IMG/VR virus record: IMGVR_UViG_3300032288_003239
Location: 1-28,738 of that record
Strand: one strand, 5' to 3'
DNA length: 28,738 bases
Origin: a virus
Taxonomy: Duplodnaviria > Caudoviricetes
In this document: piece after piece, positions 1 to 10,900 of the stretch
How the letters are laid out: each line of letters starts with the position of its first letter
Position numbering within the stretch: position 1 is the stretch's first letter
Notes under the pieces: generated by a model
What the model was told of the DNA's origin: nothing
Seen by the model: only the letters and a program-made list of their open reading frames with translations
Database searches by the model: none
Program-made: the position numbers and the translations under genes

Positions 1-3000
1 CTGTATCAGAAACCGCCAATGTTATGCTGGTTGTATTACCAGTCTGTGCTAGGTTAGTTTGTGTGATATATCCTGCACCGCCAGATCCTGTTGAATCGCC
101 CGGATCTGTTAATCTAACTTGGAATACCGCTGCATCACGGAACTCGGATGCTACCGCGGCTGCACTTGCACCAGCACCAGAAATGCTAAATGTTGCTGAA
201 GTATATGCAGTACCAGCATTTCCATACTCATAAACCAAGATGTTGTTAACACCATCTGTAATGGTATTTCTTACGTCGGCTTCTGTACCACGGTTATTAG
301 TGTAACCATAGATTGGTGTTTCTTTAATATCAACACCTTCTGCTACAGAACCGTAATCACCATAAGAGTTATTACCGTTAGTAGCACGGATCTTACCACC
401 GTTTTCTGCCAAATAACCAATGTGTGAGTAGTATGTGAACACAGAAACAAGTTCTGCACGTCCTAGGTTAGTTACCCAAGCACCAATACCTGCAGAAATA
501 ACCTGTGTAAAGTCGTTGGAAACGATAGAATCGTTGCCGCCTGCGTGTATTGATCCGTCAATTTTCTGTCCTGTTGCACCAGTACCAAATGTGGTTACGT
601 TTTGTACGTAAGTAGATCTTGTGGTTACCCATGCTGTGGTATCGTTTGGACCCCAACCTGGATCTAGAGAAACATACGCACCTGCTGCTGGACGCTGTGT
701 ACCAAACTCGTTAGCTGGTAACATGCCTGATGGATATGTGCCGGCACCTGCGGTGTTACCGTCCGATGATCCGTCTAAACCAGTTAGAGTACAGTTTCTT
801 AAACCGCAACCGTCGCTGACATAGAAGTAATCTTCTAGTTTTGATCCGGTTAAAGCACTTCTGTAGTAACGAGCTGCTAGCACAGACTTGTAATTTCCTG
901 TATATTTTAAATCATAGGCAATTGATTGGATGTATCTACGTACATCGTTTTGACAGCGACTCGAATCATAGTAATATGTCACAGTCATTGAACCCGATGT
1001 TGTTGATAAATCAACAGCAGTACCGCCTAGTGTAAGGGATACTTTAAACGATGTAGAAGTTAGTCCTGATGATAGGATATAATATGTGACACCTGTACTG
1101 ATTCCGCCAAATACAGTTCCTGTAAATCTTACAGCATCTCCAGCGACCATCCAAGTTTGTGTTCCACAGGTAAATGTATCAGTGGCTCCACCAGTTGATG
1201 CTGTTACTGTTGATTTGTAAGTGTCATTGATGTAGGCAGTAGCCTCAGCTGCAAAAAAATCTTGGTTTGACAATAGATTTTGTGCACCTGCTAGGATGTC
1301 TAGGTCAGTTGTTGGAGTATTTGTACCTACAACAATTGGTCTAGTACCAGTGTTTACATAATTAATAATTTCTGTCCATAGATTATCTGCTCCAACTGTT
1401 GCACCACTAGCAACAATATACGTGGCTTCTTTAGATATAAAGTCTAGAATAGCCTGTTGTGCTGCTAGTTGAGTTGTAATAACTACGTTTGTCGAAGTTA
1501 ATCCTCTGCGATATGATAGGCCGTTGAAGATTGACAGATAATTTGATCCAAACATTAGGTCGTAACCTAGTGCATCTACGATGTATCCAACGTCACGTGA
1601 ACATAGAGTTTCATCAAAGTTTAGTGTTGGATATGTGGTTTTGATATATTGAACTGCGTCGCTTTGTATTGTAGATTTAGCAGAGTTCAAATATGTACGT
1701 GCTGTCACCAATGCAGTTGCTACCCAAGCAGTGCTTGGTGCAACAGAAGTAATGGCTGTTAGATTGTTTACGTAGTTGTAGATTTCTAACACACGAGCCT
1801 GTGCAAATGCGCCAGCACCTGCAGATCCAGGTGTACCACTGACATCTTGTGCTGTGGTATTGCCAGTTGAACGTGGGTACCACGCTGTGCTGCCTGTGGC
1901 AATATCGTCAATAATTGTATAAATTCTGTTTATTACTGCTAACAGTGCTGTTTTTTGTGCGACCGGTTCGACTAATGTACCGTTGCTATAGTAAGAACGA
2001 GCAACAATCTGTGTCATTAGATTGCAACCGCTGGTCTCACCGTAGGTTAAATCATAAACCAAAGCGTCAACAATATAACCCATGTCGCGTGTACATTTTG
2101 CTTTGTCGCCTGCGCTTAATGCTGTCCAAATACTGTTGTAGTTGGTGTTCATGAAAGCAGTAACTTCATCTTGAATAAATGATTTATTAGCAAGAATTAA
2201 TCGACGTGCATTTGAATAACCACTACCGTATCCTGTTGGATCTGGATATACGTATGCATCTGGTGTATTATTTGTAACAATGTCTTTGATTTCAGCGGCA
2301 TTAGATTGTACGCTAGTCACTGCTGTAGAACTGCCAACACTGCCTACTTTTTGCAAGCTGGTATATTGTGTAGCTGAGTTACCAGTTGTGGGTGTTACAG
2401 AAGTATTTGAAATAATATTTGCTGTGATAGACTGCAATCTCTGTAATGCTGCAACAGATTTTGCTTTGTCATTGGTTGCAATAACTTTACCACGTGGACT
2501 CATTCTTGTTCCACGCAATTCATCACCGACAATAGCAGTTTTTGGAGGTACCTTTATTGGTAACACTTCATAGAACTGTCCTGTCTTGACGTTGATTGTA
2601 TAACCTGCTGAATCAAGGATCGGTAATGAGGACTGTGATTGTGAGCTTAGTGCTGTAGAAATATATCCAACCAGTGTTGTACAAATTGTATTAGCGCCAC
2701 TCTCAGCAGTGTAACTCGAGTTAATGATTTGCTTGATTCTGCTACCTGCACTAATACCATTAAGTGTTTGATAGTTGCTGGCTGGTGCTGTATTTGCCAA
2801 CACGCTGGTGATCAAAGTTGCTAGATAATCAATAGCTGCGGCATTTTGTGCATACTCGTCTTGGATTCCTGATACCAAAACACCAAGTGCTGTAAAGTAT
2901 GAGTTTGCAGCGGCCAATGTTCTTTCATTACCAGTATGTGTTAGGTCATAGATAACAGCATCTACGATTAATCCCATGTCACGTTCGCACTTGGCAGTGT

Positions 3001-4891
3001 CGTCGTTAGTGAATCCAGACCATATTCCTGTACCTGAGGTAATTTGATATTTGGTCCATTCAGCAGCTTCACGTTGAATAAATTCTCTATTCATTCGTAA
3101 TAACCAACCTGCTTGTGGATTTTCAGTTCCATAAAGGATCTGTTCAGTTGCATATCTTACACTAGCCCATGGTTGGTCTAGAGTTAGACCATATGTCGGT
3201 GCTGGTGTGTCCACGCCGTGTGGTGCTACGTAGTAAACTTTCTTGGTGCGTCCAAAGAAATCCCATGTTGGAACTCCTGAGCCAACAGTAAGAACCTGTC
3301 CTTCAACACCTACAGGTAGTCGTGTTACACCGCTACCACTATAGTAGGCAATATCACCTGTGGTAGTTAATACATCATTTTCATTGCCGGCAGTTAGTTG
3401 ATTCCAGTAAGTTCCAAGGGTGTCGATATCTGGACGATTTCCTGACACAGGAGGTCCAGAAAGATATGCTGATGTATGTGCTAGAATACAAACATAAGTT
3501 ATTGGACCATATTTGATCGTATCACCTGCAACATAGGCAGTTGAAGTGACCCACGTTCCTCTCCATTTGATGCCTTCATTTAGTTTTTCCCAGTAGCCTG
3601 CATTTGGTGGTTGTTGATTGGTACTGTCTAATGTAGAAACATAAGTGTATCCACCGTTGCGAACAATTTCGCCAACTTTGTACAGTGTTATAGAATTCCA
3701 ATCACCGGCTAGTCTAAAGCCTGTGGCAAACAAATCCCAGTCTGTGATATTAGAACTTGGTGGAGTTACTGCTGATGCATTGTGTGATGTTTTAGCGATA
3801 TAAGAGTTACCGCCGTAACGAACAATATCTCCATTTTGATAAATGCCAGAACTGGTCCAATCATTTTCAAACTCGATGCCTTCTACATACTGTGCCCAGT
3901 AAGTTTGGTCCGCAGTCCAACTTGAAGTGCTGGTGTTATCTGTTAAACAGATCCAAACGCCTGCACCTTGTTTAACAAGGTCGTTGGCTTTGTATCGAAT
4001 AGTAGCAGTATAAGTGGCAGATGTAAGTGTTCCGTTATTAACACTCAGTGTCCACGAAGTTCCAGAACCTGCGGTAATATAAGTATTGGCCGCAATACTG
4101 CCGCCTGTTAACAGTTGTCCGACTGCAGGACTTCCGCCTGTGCTGGTTAATGTTGTTCCGCTGATTGAGCCTGTAACTGTTGTAGGACCAATCCATTGTC
4201 CTTTGTATTCAAAACCAATGTTATAATAATCCCACTTGCCTTGATCTGCTTCAAGACCTAGTGTGACTGTGACTGCAGAAGTATGTCCTTGATTACAAAC
4301 ATAGGTGGTTCCGCCATACTTGACAACATCACCTACTTTATATCTTATGGCCGATAACCAATTTGACTTCCAGTCAAAGCCTTTTGAGAATATATCCCAC
4401 TTGCTTTGATCTGCTTCAAGACCTAGAGCATTGGTTGCTGCGGCAGTGTGTGCTGTATTACAGATATAGGTGTATCCGCCATACTTGACAACGTCATTGA
4501 CCTTGTAAATAGTTCCAGCTACCCAATTTGACTGCCAGTCAAAGGATTCTGCGAATAAATCCCAATCTGCTTGGTTAGCTTCTAGTGTGGTAGAGCTGGT
4601 ATGTCCATTGTTACAAATGTAAACATATCCGCCATATTTGACTATGTCATTTTCTTTGTATAGAGTTGAACCAGTCCAGTCGCCTTTCCATACCTGTCCG
4701 TCTGAAAATTGATTCCATTTTGTCGGAATATTTTCAAGATCAGTATAGAAGTCTGCTGCGGCAGTATGACCTGCTACGCAGAGATATGTGCGTCCACCGT
4801 AGGCAACGATGTCGTCTTTATAGTATGTTGTACTGGTAACCCAGTTATCTTTCCATACAAATCTAATTCTACCTAGTTTAAACTCTGCCAT
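1..4891 (-). CDS. Giant virion fibre/adhesin-like protein, 3'-truncated by window edge (>1630 aa); paralog of 4942..11124. Contains 8 CBM5/12-like repeats, a pectin-lyase-like beta-helix region and 4 C-x-(R/N)-D helical repeats
   Basis: ATG at 4891 with GGAG upstream. Hand translation gives MAEFKLGRIRFVWKDNWVTSTTYYKDDIVAYGGRTYLCVAGH..., matching the start of the 2060-aa ORF. The same frame was confirmed at 2987, 2093, 1601, 953 and at the edge (...EFRDAAVFQVRLTDPGDS..., aligning with NEFRDGAVYEVRIVNKGDS of the paralog). It is absent from the ORF track, consistent with there being no stop inside the window. Confidence 0.9.
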   Translation of the reverse strand, partial: MAEFKLGRIRFVWKDNWVTSTTYYKDDIVAYGGRTYLCVAGHTAAADFYTDLENIPTKWNQFSDGQVWKGDWTGSTLYKENDIVKYGGYVYICNNGHTSSTTLEANQADWDLFAESFDWQSNWVAGTIYKVNDVVKYGGYTYICNTAHTAAATNALGLEADQSKWDIFSKGFDWKSNWLSAIRYKVGDVVKYGGTTYVCNQGHTSAVTVTLGLEADQGKWDYYNIGFEYKGQWIGPTTVTGSISGTTLTSTGGSPAVGQLLTGGSIAANTYITAGSGTSWTLSVNNGTLTSATYTATIRYKANDLVKQGAGVWICLTDNTSTSSWTADQTYWAQYVEGIEFENDWTSSGIYQNGDIVRYGGNSYIAKTSHNASAVTPPSSNITDWDLFATGFRLAGDWNSITLYKVGEIVRNGGYTYVSTLDSTNQQPPNAGYWEKLNEGIKWRGTWVTSTAYVAGDTIKYGPITYVCILAHTSAYLSGPPVSGNRPDIDTLGTYWNQLTAGNENDVLTTTGDIAYYSGSGVTRLPVGVEGQVLTVGSGVPTWDFFGRTKKVYYVAPHGVDTPAPTYGLTLDQPWASVRYATEQILYGTENPQAGWLLRMNREFIQREAAEWTKYQITSGTGIWSGFTNDDTAKCERDMGLIVDAVIYDLTHTGNERTLAAANSYFTALGVLVSGIQDEYAQNAAAIDYLATLITSVLANTAPASNYQTLNGISAGSRIKQIINSSYTAESGANTICTTLVGYISTALSSQSQSSLPILDSAGYTINVKTGQFYEVLPIKVPPKTAIVGDELRGTRMSPRGKVIATNDKAKSVAALQRLQSITANIISNTSVTPTTGNSATQYTSLQKVGSVGSSTAVTSVQSNAAEIKDIVTNNTPDAYVYPDPTGYGSGYSNARRLILANKSFIQDEVTAFMNTNYNSIWTALSAGDKAKCTRDMGYIVDALVYDLTYGETSGCNLMTQIVARSYYSNGTLVEPVAQKTALLAVINRIYTIIDDIATGSTAWYPRSTGNTTAQDVSGTPGSAGAGAFAQARVLEIYNYVNNLTAITSVAPSTAWVATALVTARTYLNSAKSTIQSDAVQYIKTTYPTLNFDETLCSRDVGYIVDALGYDLMFGSNYLSIFNGLSYRRGLTSTNVVITTQLAAQQAILDFISKEATYIVASGATVGADNLWTEIINYVNTGTRPIVVGTNTPTTDLDILAGAQNLLSNQDFFAAEATAYINDTYKSTVTASTGGATDTFTCGTQTWMVAGDAVRFTGTVFGGISTGVTYYILSSGLTSTSFKVSLTLGGTAVDLSTTSGSMTVTYYYDSSRCQNDVRRYIQSIAYDLKYTGNYKSVLAARYYRSALTGSKLEDYFYVSDGCGLRNCTLTGLDGSSDGNTAGAGTYPSGMLPANEFGTQRPAAGAYVSLDPGWGPNDTTAWVTTRSTYVQNVTTFGTGATGQKIDGSIHAGGNDSIVSNDFTQVISAGIGAWVTNLGRAELVSVFTYYSHIGYLAENGGKIRATNGNNSYGDYGSVAEGVDIKETPIYGYTNNRGTEADVRNTITDGVNNILVYEYGNAGTAYTSATFSISGAGASAAAVASEFRDAAVFQVRLTDPGDSTGSGGAGYITQTNLAQTGNTTSITLAVSDT
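4231..4560 (-). repeat. Imperfect 165-nt (55-codon) tandem duplication in the CBM-like repeat array
   Basis: cccacttgc(c/t)ttgatctgcttcaagacctag occurs at 4231 and 4396. ccgccatacttgacaac and ccaatttgact..cagtcaaag also recur at about 165-nt spacing. Confidence 0.75.
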
Positions 4892-4919
4892 TTATAGCTC
4901 CGTTTTTTCGCATATTTTA

Positions 4920-4925
4920 TATTTA
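4920..4925 (-). promoter_or_regulatory. Putative T4-type late promoter core (GGTAAATA)
   Basis: TAAATA in the intergenic gap about 30 nt upstream of the ATG at 4891; the same core recurs in other gaps. Confidence 0.55.
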
Positions 4926-4941
4926 CCTGTGTTCTAAACCA

Positions 4942-7900
4942 TTAAGTCATCGACAAAAAATATGTCTGTGCAAGATAAGTTCCGTCCACACCCCTCTTAA
5001 AATTAACTCTAACAGGAAATTTTAATTCACTACCGTCTGTTGTTCCAAGTCCAGTTGGACCAATCTGTACTAAACCTGCTGTTACAGAGCTTGTTATAGC
5101 ATCTGCACCGCCGCCCGATACACGTCTTTGTATGTAGGCTTTGATTGCTCTCTGTGTTGGCACGATGTTGTTAGAATCAGCAGTAAACGTTGAATCTGTC
5201 GAGAATTCACGAATAACAACACCCGATCCACCAACAGTAACACCACCTAAACGTAATTCTTCCAAACCTTGTAGTTCGAAGAACTGCGCATTCAGTGTAA
5301 CAGTACCTGTAGCCTGTTCAACAGCAAAAAGCTCACCTACTCGGAAGTTACCGTCTTGGTCAGTTGATGTATAGAATACACGTCCACCGCCTTTTTCCTG
5401 GATCTCGTCTTCTGGTGCTAAGACCGTGCCATTTGGAAATAAGGTGTTTGGATAATTTGAAGCAACTACTCCGCCTAGTCCAATGTCTAAAAAGTCGTGA
5501 CCTGTTAGTCGAACTTGGCTATAGGCCTGTCTAATTTCAATCGTAGTTCCGTGCTCTGGAGTTTCTTCTCTCTGTAGATCTTTGGCAATGTTTAATTGTA
5601 AGGTGTAGTTACCGATAGATCCAGCCAATAGCACATAATTCAATACTTTGTAGGTATAATCATTAATACCAGCTATTGACAAGTTGTCTCCTGGACCAGG
5701 CAATCTAGTAATATTATCGCATACCAAGAAGCTGCCTAATTGATATTGGTCTTTGTAACCATTTCCAGTTATGATTGCACTTGAGGTAGTGGTTTGATAA
5801 CCTGTACCAGCATTCACAATAGTTGGATTGGCGATAACTCCATTGCCGATTCTAATACTTGTTGAAACTTCTGCACTGTTATTTGGATCTGTGATAGTCA
5901 TTACAGGTGCTGATGTATATCCGCTACCTGGTTCCCAGATTTTAAATTCTGAAATTCTTCCAGCAACCACAGTTGCTCTTGCCTGTGCTGTGGCCCCGGT
6001 ACTGATAATTGCAGCACTGGTACTGGTTTGTGTTCTTCCTCCAATAGCGATAAACTTTCCAGGTTTCGATATATTTGCAAAAGAAACAGCACACCACGGA
6101 GCAGATCCAATGGTCTGAGCAGTCCAACTAATGCCGTCATTTGAAACAGCAGCAGTAGATGATCCATTAGCAACGGCTATCCATATGCCTTGACCGTAAC
6201 CAACTGCTTGCCAGTTATTTGATGTAATTGCTCCATAGGTCCATGTAGAACCATCGGTGGTAATTGCACTGACTGTAGATCCGGCACCTGCTTGCAGTCC
6301 AACAAATCTGTTTTCTCCGTAGGCAATATTTGTAAGGCCGGTAGTTGTAGTTCCACCAGTCCATGAAGTTCCATTGGTGCTAGTTGATGTCGAACCGTTG
6401 GACGAAACTGCAACAAATCTTCCCTTACCGTAGGCAACTCCGGACCAATCATCGGCGCTATTTAAAATAGTTGTACTATTGTTTGAACCATCAAAGTGTA
6501 GAATTAGCACCGAAGTACTATCATATCCAAATGCAGTTGCTGGGAGAGTATAGGATGCTCCTGTATATCTAGCAGCTCCTTTGCTGACTCTAACTTCGTC
6601 AATATAACCTGTAAATCCAAATGCTGCAGAATAATCTGCGCCAATTCTCAACGGTCTAGATGCATAAGTGCTAGAATCAACATAGGTGCTGCCTTCTTGT
6701 GATCCACCTTGATATAGTCTTAGACTAGTTCCTGATTTTGTCATGGCCACATGAGTCCATGTGGTCAACGGAACTGGATTAACTGCGGTTATTACTACAC
6801 TGCCGTTAAGATAAGCATAAAGTTGATTTGAAGAATTAATACCTAGGACTGGTGCAACATCGGTTGCAGCAGTTCTCATGTCAAATAATATCTGGAATGC
6901 ACCACTGGTTGTTCTATAAACCCAACCTTCAATGGCAAAATCGCCTGTGCCAAAAGTAAAATCAGTGTTGGCTGCGATGTTGACATAGTCGCCTGTGCCA
7001 TCTAATACCAAACTTGCTGATCCGTATTTTGCGGCGATTGCTGTAGATAATTTTGCGTCGCCTGCCACAGTAACGGTTTTGCCACTGGCAATATTTGCAG
7101 TGGTCCATGTTGTTGCATCTGTTGATGTTGCTACATAACTTTCACCTGATGCTGTTATAACATAAGTTGTACCATCATAAGCAACGTCTGTCCATGCTGC
7201 CGATGTAGGCATAGTCATTGAAGACCATGAAATGCCATCTGAGGATTTTGCTGCGGCTCCGCTGGTTGCTAAAGCAATGAATATATTACCAACATATTCT
7301 ACTTTGGTCCATGCTGTGCTTGACGGCAGTGTTGATGAATTCCAGCTAGATCCGTCAACAGTATAAGCAACGGTGTTTGATCCTGTGGCAACAGCTACCC
7401 AACGCACTCCACTAGATGCAATGCTAGTCCATGTCACATTAGAAGGCAATGTTCCAGAAGTTGATGTAAATCCTGGGCTAGTAAATGTTATTCTTGGTTC
7501 AATAGTATACACTGATGTTGTGTCTAACAACGATACTGGTGCTGTGCCTTCGTTGACATGTTCCCAACCTACACTGTGTACTATCATCGGTGTAGCTCCA
7601 ACTGCTGTGCTAGGAAGACCGTTGATTAATCCAAACACTGTTCCGCCTGGAAGTGTGCTGATGGTAAATGTTGTAGGACCAACCACTGTTTTAACATAAT
7701 AGATTGTGTTGTCCTGTATGTTACCAAATTTCGTACCTGTAAATATGATTCGATCGTTGGCAGTGAGATGAGCTGTGGATCCAATAGTTACAAGATTTCC
7801 TGAAGCAAAAGTCTGTGTTACATTGTATTGTTGTTTAGACTCTCTACCAACAATCACTGTGAGAGTCGAAGTAATATATTCTGCAATATATCCGTATTGT

Positions 7901-10900
7901 CCAACGCCAGTACCCTCTGTGATTAATATTCTCATTCCTCTATACTGCTCAGGTGTATTTTCGTCACTGCCTGCAAGAATAACAGAATAATTATCTATAC
8001 TAGCCTGTGATTTATTAGTGTTGAATAGATATGAACTACCGCCTTCTGCACTGGAGTCACCTTTGTTGACAATCCTAACTTCATAGACGGCACCATCTCG
8101 GAATTCGTTCATAAGCAATGATGCATTGCCTCCAGATCCACTTACAGTAAATGCTCCGGTAGAATAGTTAACACCTGCGTTAGAGAAAAACACCTTTAGG
8201 ATATTTCCCGATACATTACATAATAATTGGCTTACGTCTGCTTCATAGTATCTGTTGTTAACGGAACCGGTGATTGGATTTTCTGTTGCGTTATATCCTT
8301 CCGATACTGCACCAAATGTACCGTATGAACAGTTACCGTTGGTTCCACGAATTCTACCACCATTGGTGCATAGATAACCAATATGGCAATAGTAAACGAA
8401 CACCGAAACAAGTTCTGAACGTCCTGTGCCGTTACACCACATACCGATACCATCGCTGATAATCTGTGTGAAATCGTTGGCAACAATAGTTTGATTTCCG
8501 CCACCGTGTAGGTCGCCGTCGACTTTCATACCAATACAGCCATCGCCGAATGTAGAAACGTTTTGTACATATGGGCTTCGTGTGCCTACCCAAGCATCAG
8601 TGTCGCTTGGTCCCCAACCTGGATCTAGAGAAGCAAATGCTCCAGCATTTGGTCGTCTTGTCCCATAAGAATTAACAGAACCCAGCGTTCCGCTTAGGCC
8701 GATCAATGACATATTTCTTAAACCTGTTCCGTCTCTTAACAAGAACATGTTTGATCGTTTATTAACAGTTGGTAGATTTCCATAAACAAAATAGTCAGCT
8801 GCTCCAATCGTTTTCCAATTGCCTGCTCTATATATGTCGTAGACAATAGCATCGATGCCTCGATCTAGGTCAATACTCCAATTCGCTGGAAGATCAGTGA
8901 CCGTGGAATCAGTGAAGACGTTTTCAACATATAATGTAACTTCGTTCTTTAAGAATTCTTTATTGTCGATTATCTGCTGTCTAGCATTTAACATGTTTAT
9001 ACTGGTTGTAATAGTGTTTGAACCAGCGATTGAAATACTGCCGCCACCTGTTGATATTCTTGTGATAAATGTTTCAAATAAGCCTTCGACAACAACAACT
9101 TCTGAAGTTGTTCCAGGTGTTCCTGAAAAATCTTGAGCAATTTCACCGTAAACTGTTGTACCAAATGCCACATTTAGTGGATCTGTGGTTCCAATTGGCT
9201 CTTCTCTAATAATATGTTTTATTAAACCTTTGAGATATGTAAAACCTCCAAGTAGTAAGTTTATATACGCATCGGAAAATATCTGTCCTGCAGGCTTAAT
9301 CACTGTACTTCTTAATTCGTCGCCCACTACTGCTACAAATGCTGGTACACGCAACGGCAGTATTTCTTCAAATACTCCGGTTCTTACAAAAACGGTTGCA
9401 TATCCTGTAACATTGTCAAGAGCGTATCTCAAAGTTCTCCAAGGTTTCTGCGGAGTGATACCATATGCTGGATCATCAACGCCGGTCAAACTCACATAGT
9501 ATACCTTGTCTGTGGTCCATAAATTTTTCCATTGTACTTCGCCATACTCATCTATTCCTAGAACCTGTCCTGATGTACCGACAGTAACACGTTTAGTATC
9601 AAGTGTGCTGCTTGAAGTTGATCCAAATGTTTTTATATCACCTAGTTGTTTTAATCGAGCATAGCTGTTACCTACTACAATAGGAGTCCATGTAAAACCA
9701 TTAGAATCATCATCGGGTCTGTTTAGTGCTGTGGCTTCATGCGCATCGATACATCTATATGATGTTTCTCCCCATGAAACTACATCGCCTGTAGAATATG
9801 CATTGCCTAGTGTCCAAATACCTTTCCAAGCAATGCTGGTTATCATTAGATCCCAGTATGCAGAATTAGTGGTACTGCCATCGTTAGGCAAGTCTGGATC
9901 TTGAGATGTACTGTCCAACAGTGCTAGATATACGTTACCGCCTTTTCTAACAACGTCTCCGATTTTGTATGGTCTTAGGCTGTTCCATGTACCTCGAATA
10001 TTACTGCTTTGGAATAACAATGTCCAAATAACTGTGCTGGTAGATGGATTTGCATTAACATGCTGTGCATTTGATACAAATACGTCGCCGCCATAGAATA
10101 CAATATCACCCTTCTGATATGTAGTTGTAGAAGACCAATCTGCATCAAATTCTTCGCCAGGACAAAATATTTCAAATTTAGATCCGTCAAATGTTAATCC
10201 TGCAGTATGGAATTCTATACAGATCCAAACATATGATCCATATTTTACAACATCATTAACTTTGTAAATTGTTGATACGTTAGTGGTTAGACCGTTGATA
10301 ACAACTGGTGTTGAAGATATCCATGTTCCTCTATATTGAGTACTGTTATGTAACACTTCCCATTTTTCTATATCTGCATATAATCCTGCTGCATCTGTGA
10401 GTGCAGATTTATGCGCAATGACACAGCGGTATACAATACCCCCGTCTCGTACAATATCGTTAACAATGTATTTTGTATTTTTTACCCAATCGCCTTTCCA
10501 GTCATCAGCAATATTAACTATATCCCAAGAACTGATATTGGCTTCAAGCCCTTGATCTAAAGAACTAGATGATTTATGAGATTGATTACATCTATAGGTT
10601 CGGCCGCCCGCACGGACCACATCATTGACTGTGTAATAGGTACTCGGAGTCCAATCTACTCTCCAATTTTTTGAAGTTAAGTGTACAGTCCAATATTGAT
10701 TAATACCAAGATCAGTGTTGAAGAATCCCACAACACCCGTAGGGTCTATAGGATTTACTATGAGTGTTTCGGGATCAAAAGGATCTGGAACATATATGCT
10801 GTTTGATGTATGACCTTCAACGCAGATATAAACTGTTCCGTATTGTTTTATAATATCTCCTACTTTGTAGTAGGTATCTGGTTGCCAATCACCTGTCCAT

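Noticed and set aside
651-8632. 21-nt identity ccccaacctggatctagagaa at 651-671 and 8612-8632
   Set aside because: It encodes the conserved SLDPGWG motif in both paralogs, so protein conservation plus codon bias is sufficient. There is no sign of invertible or DGR-type repeats.
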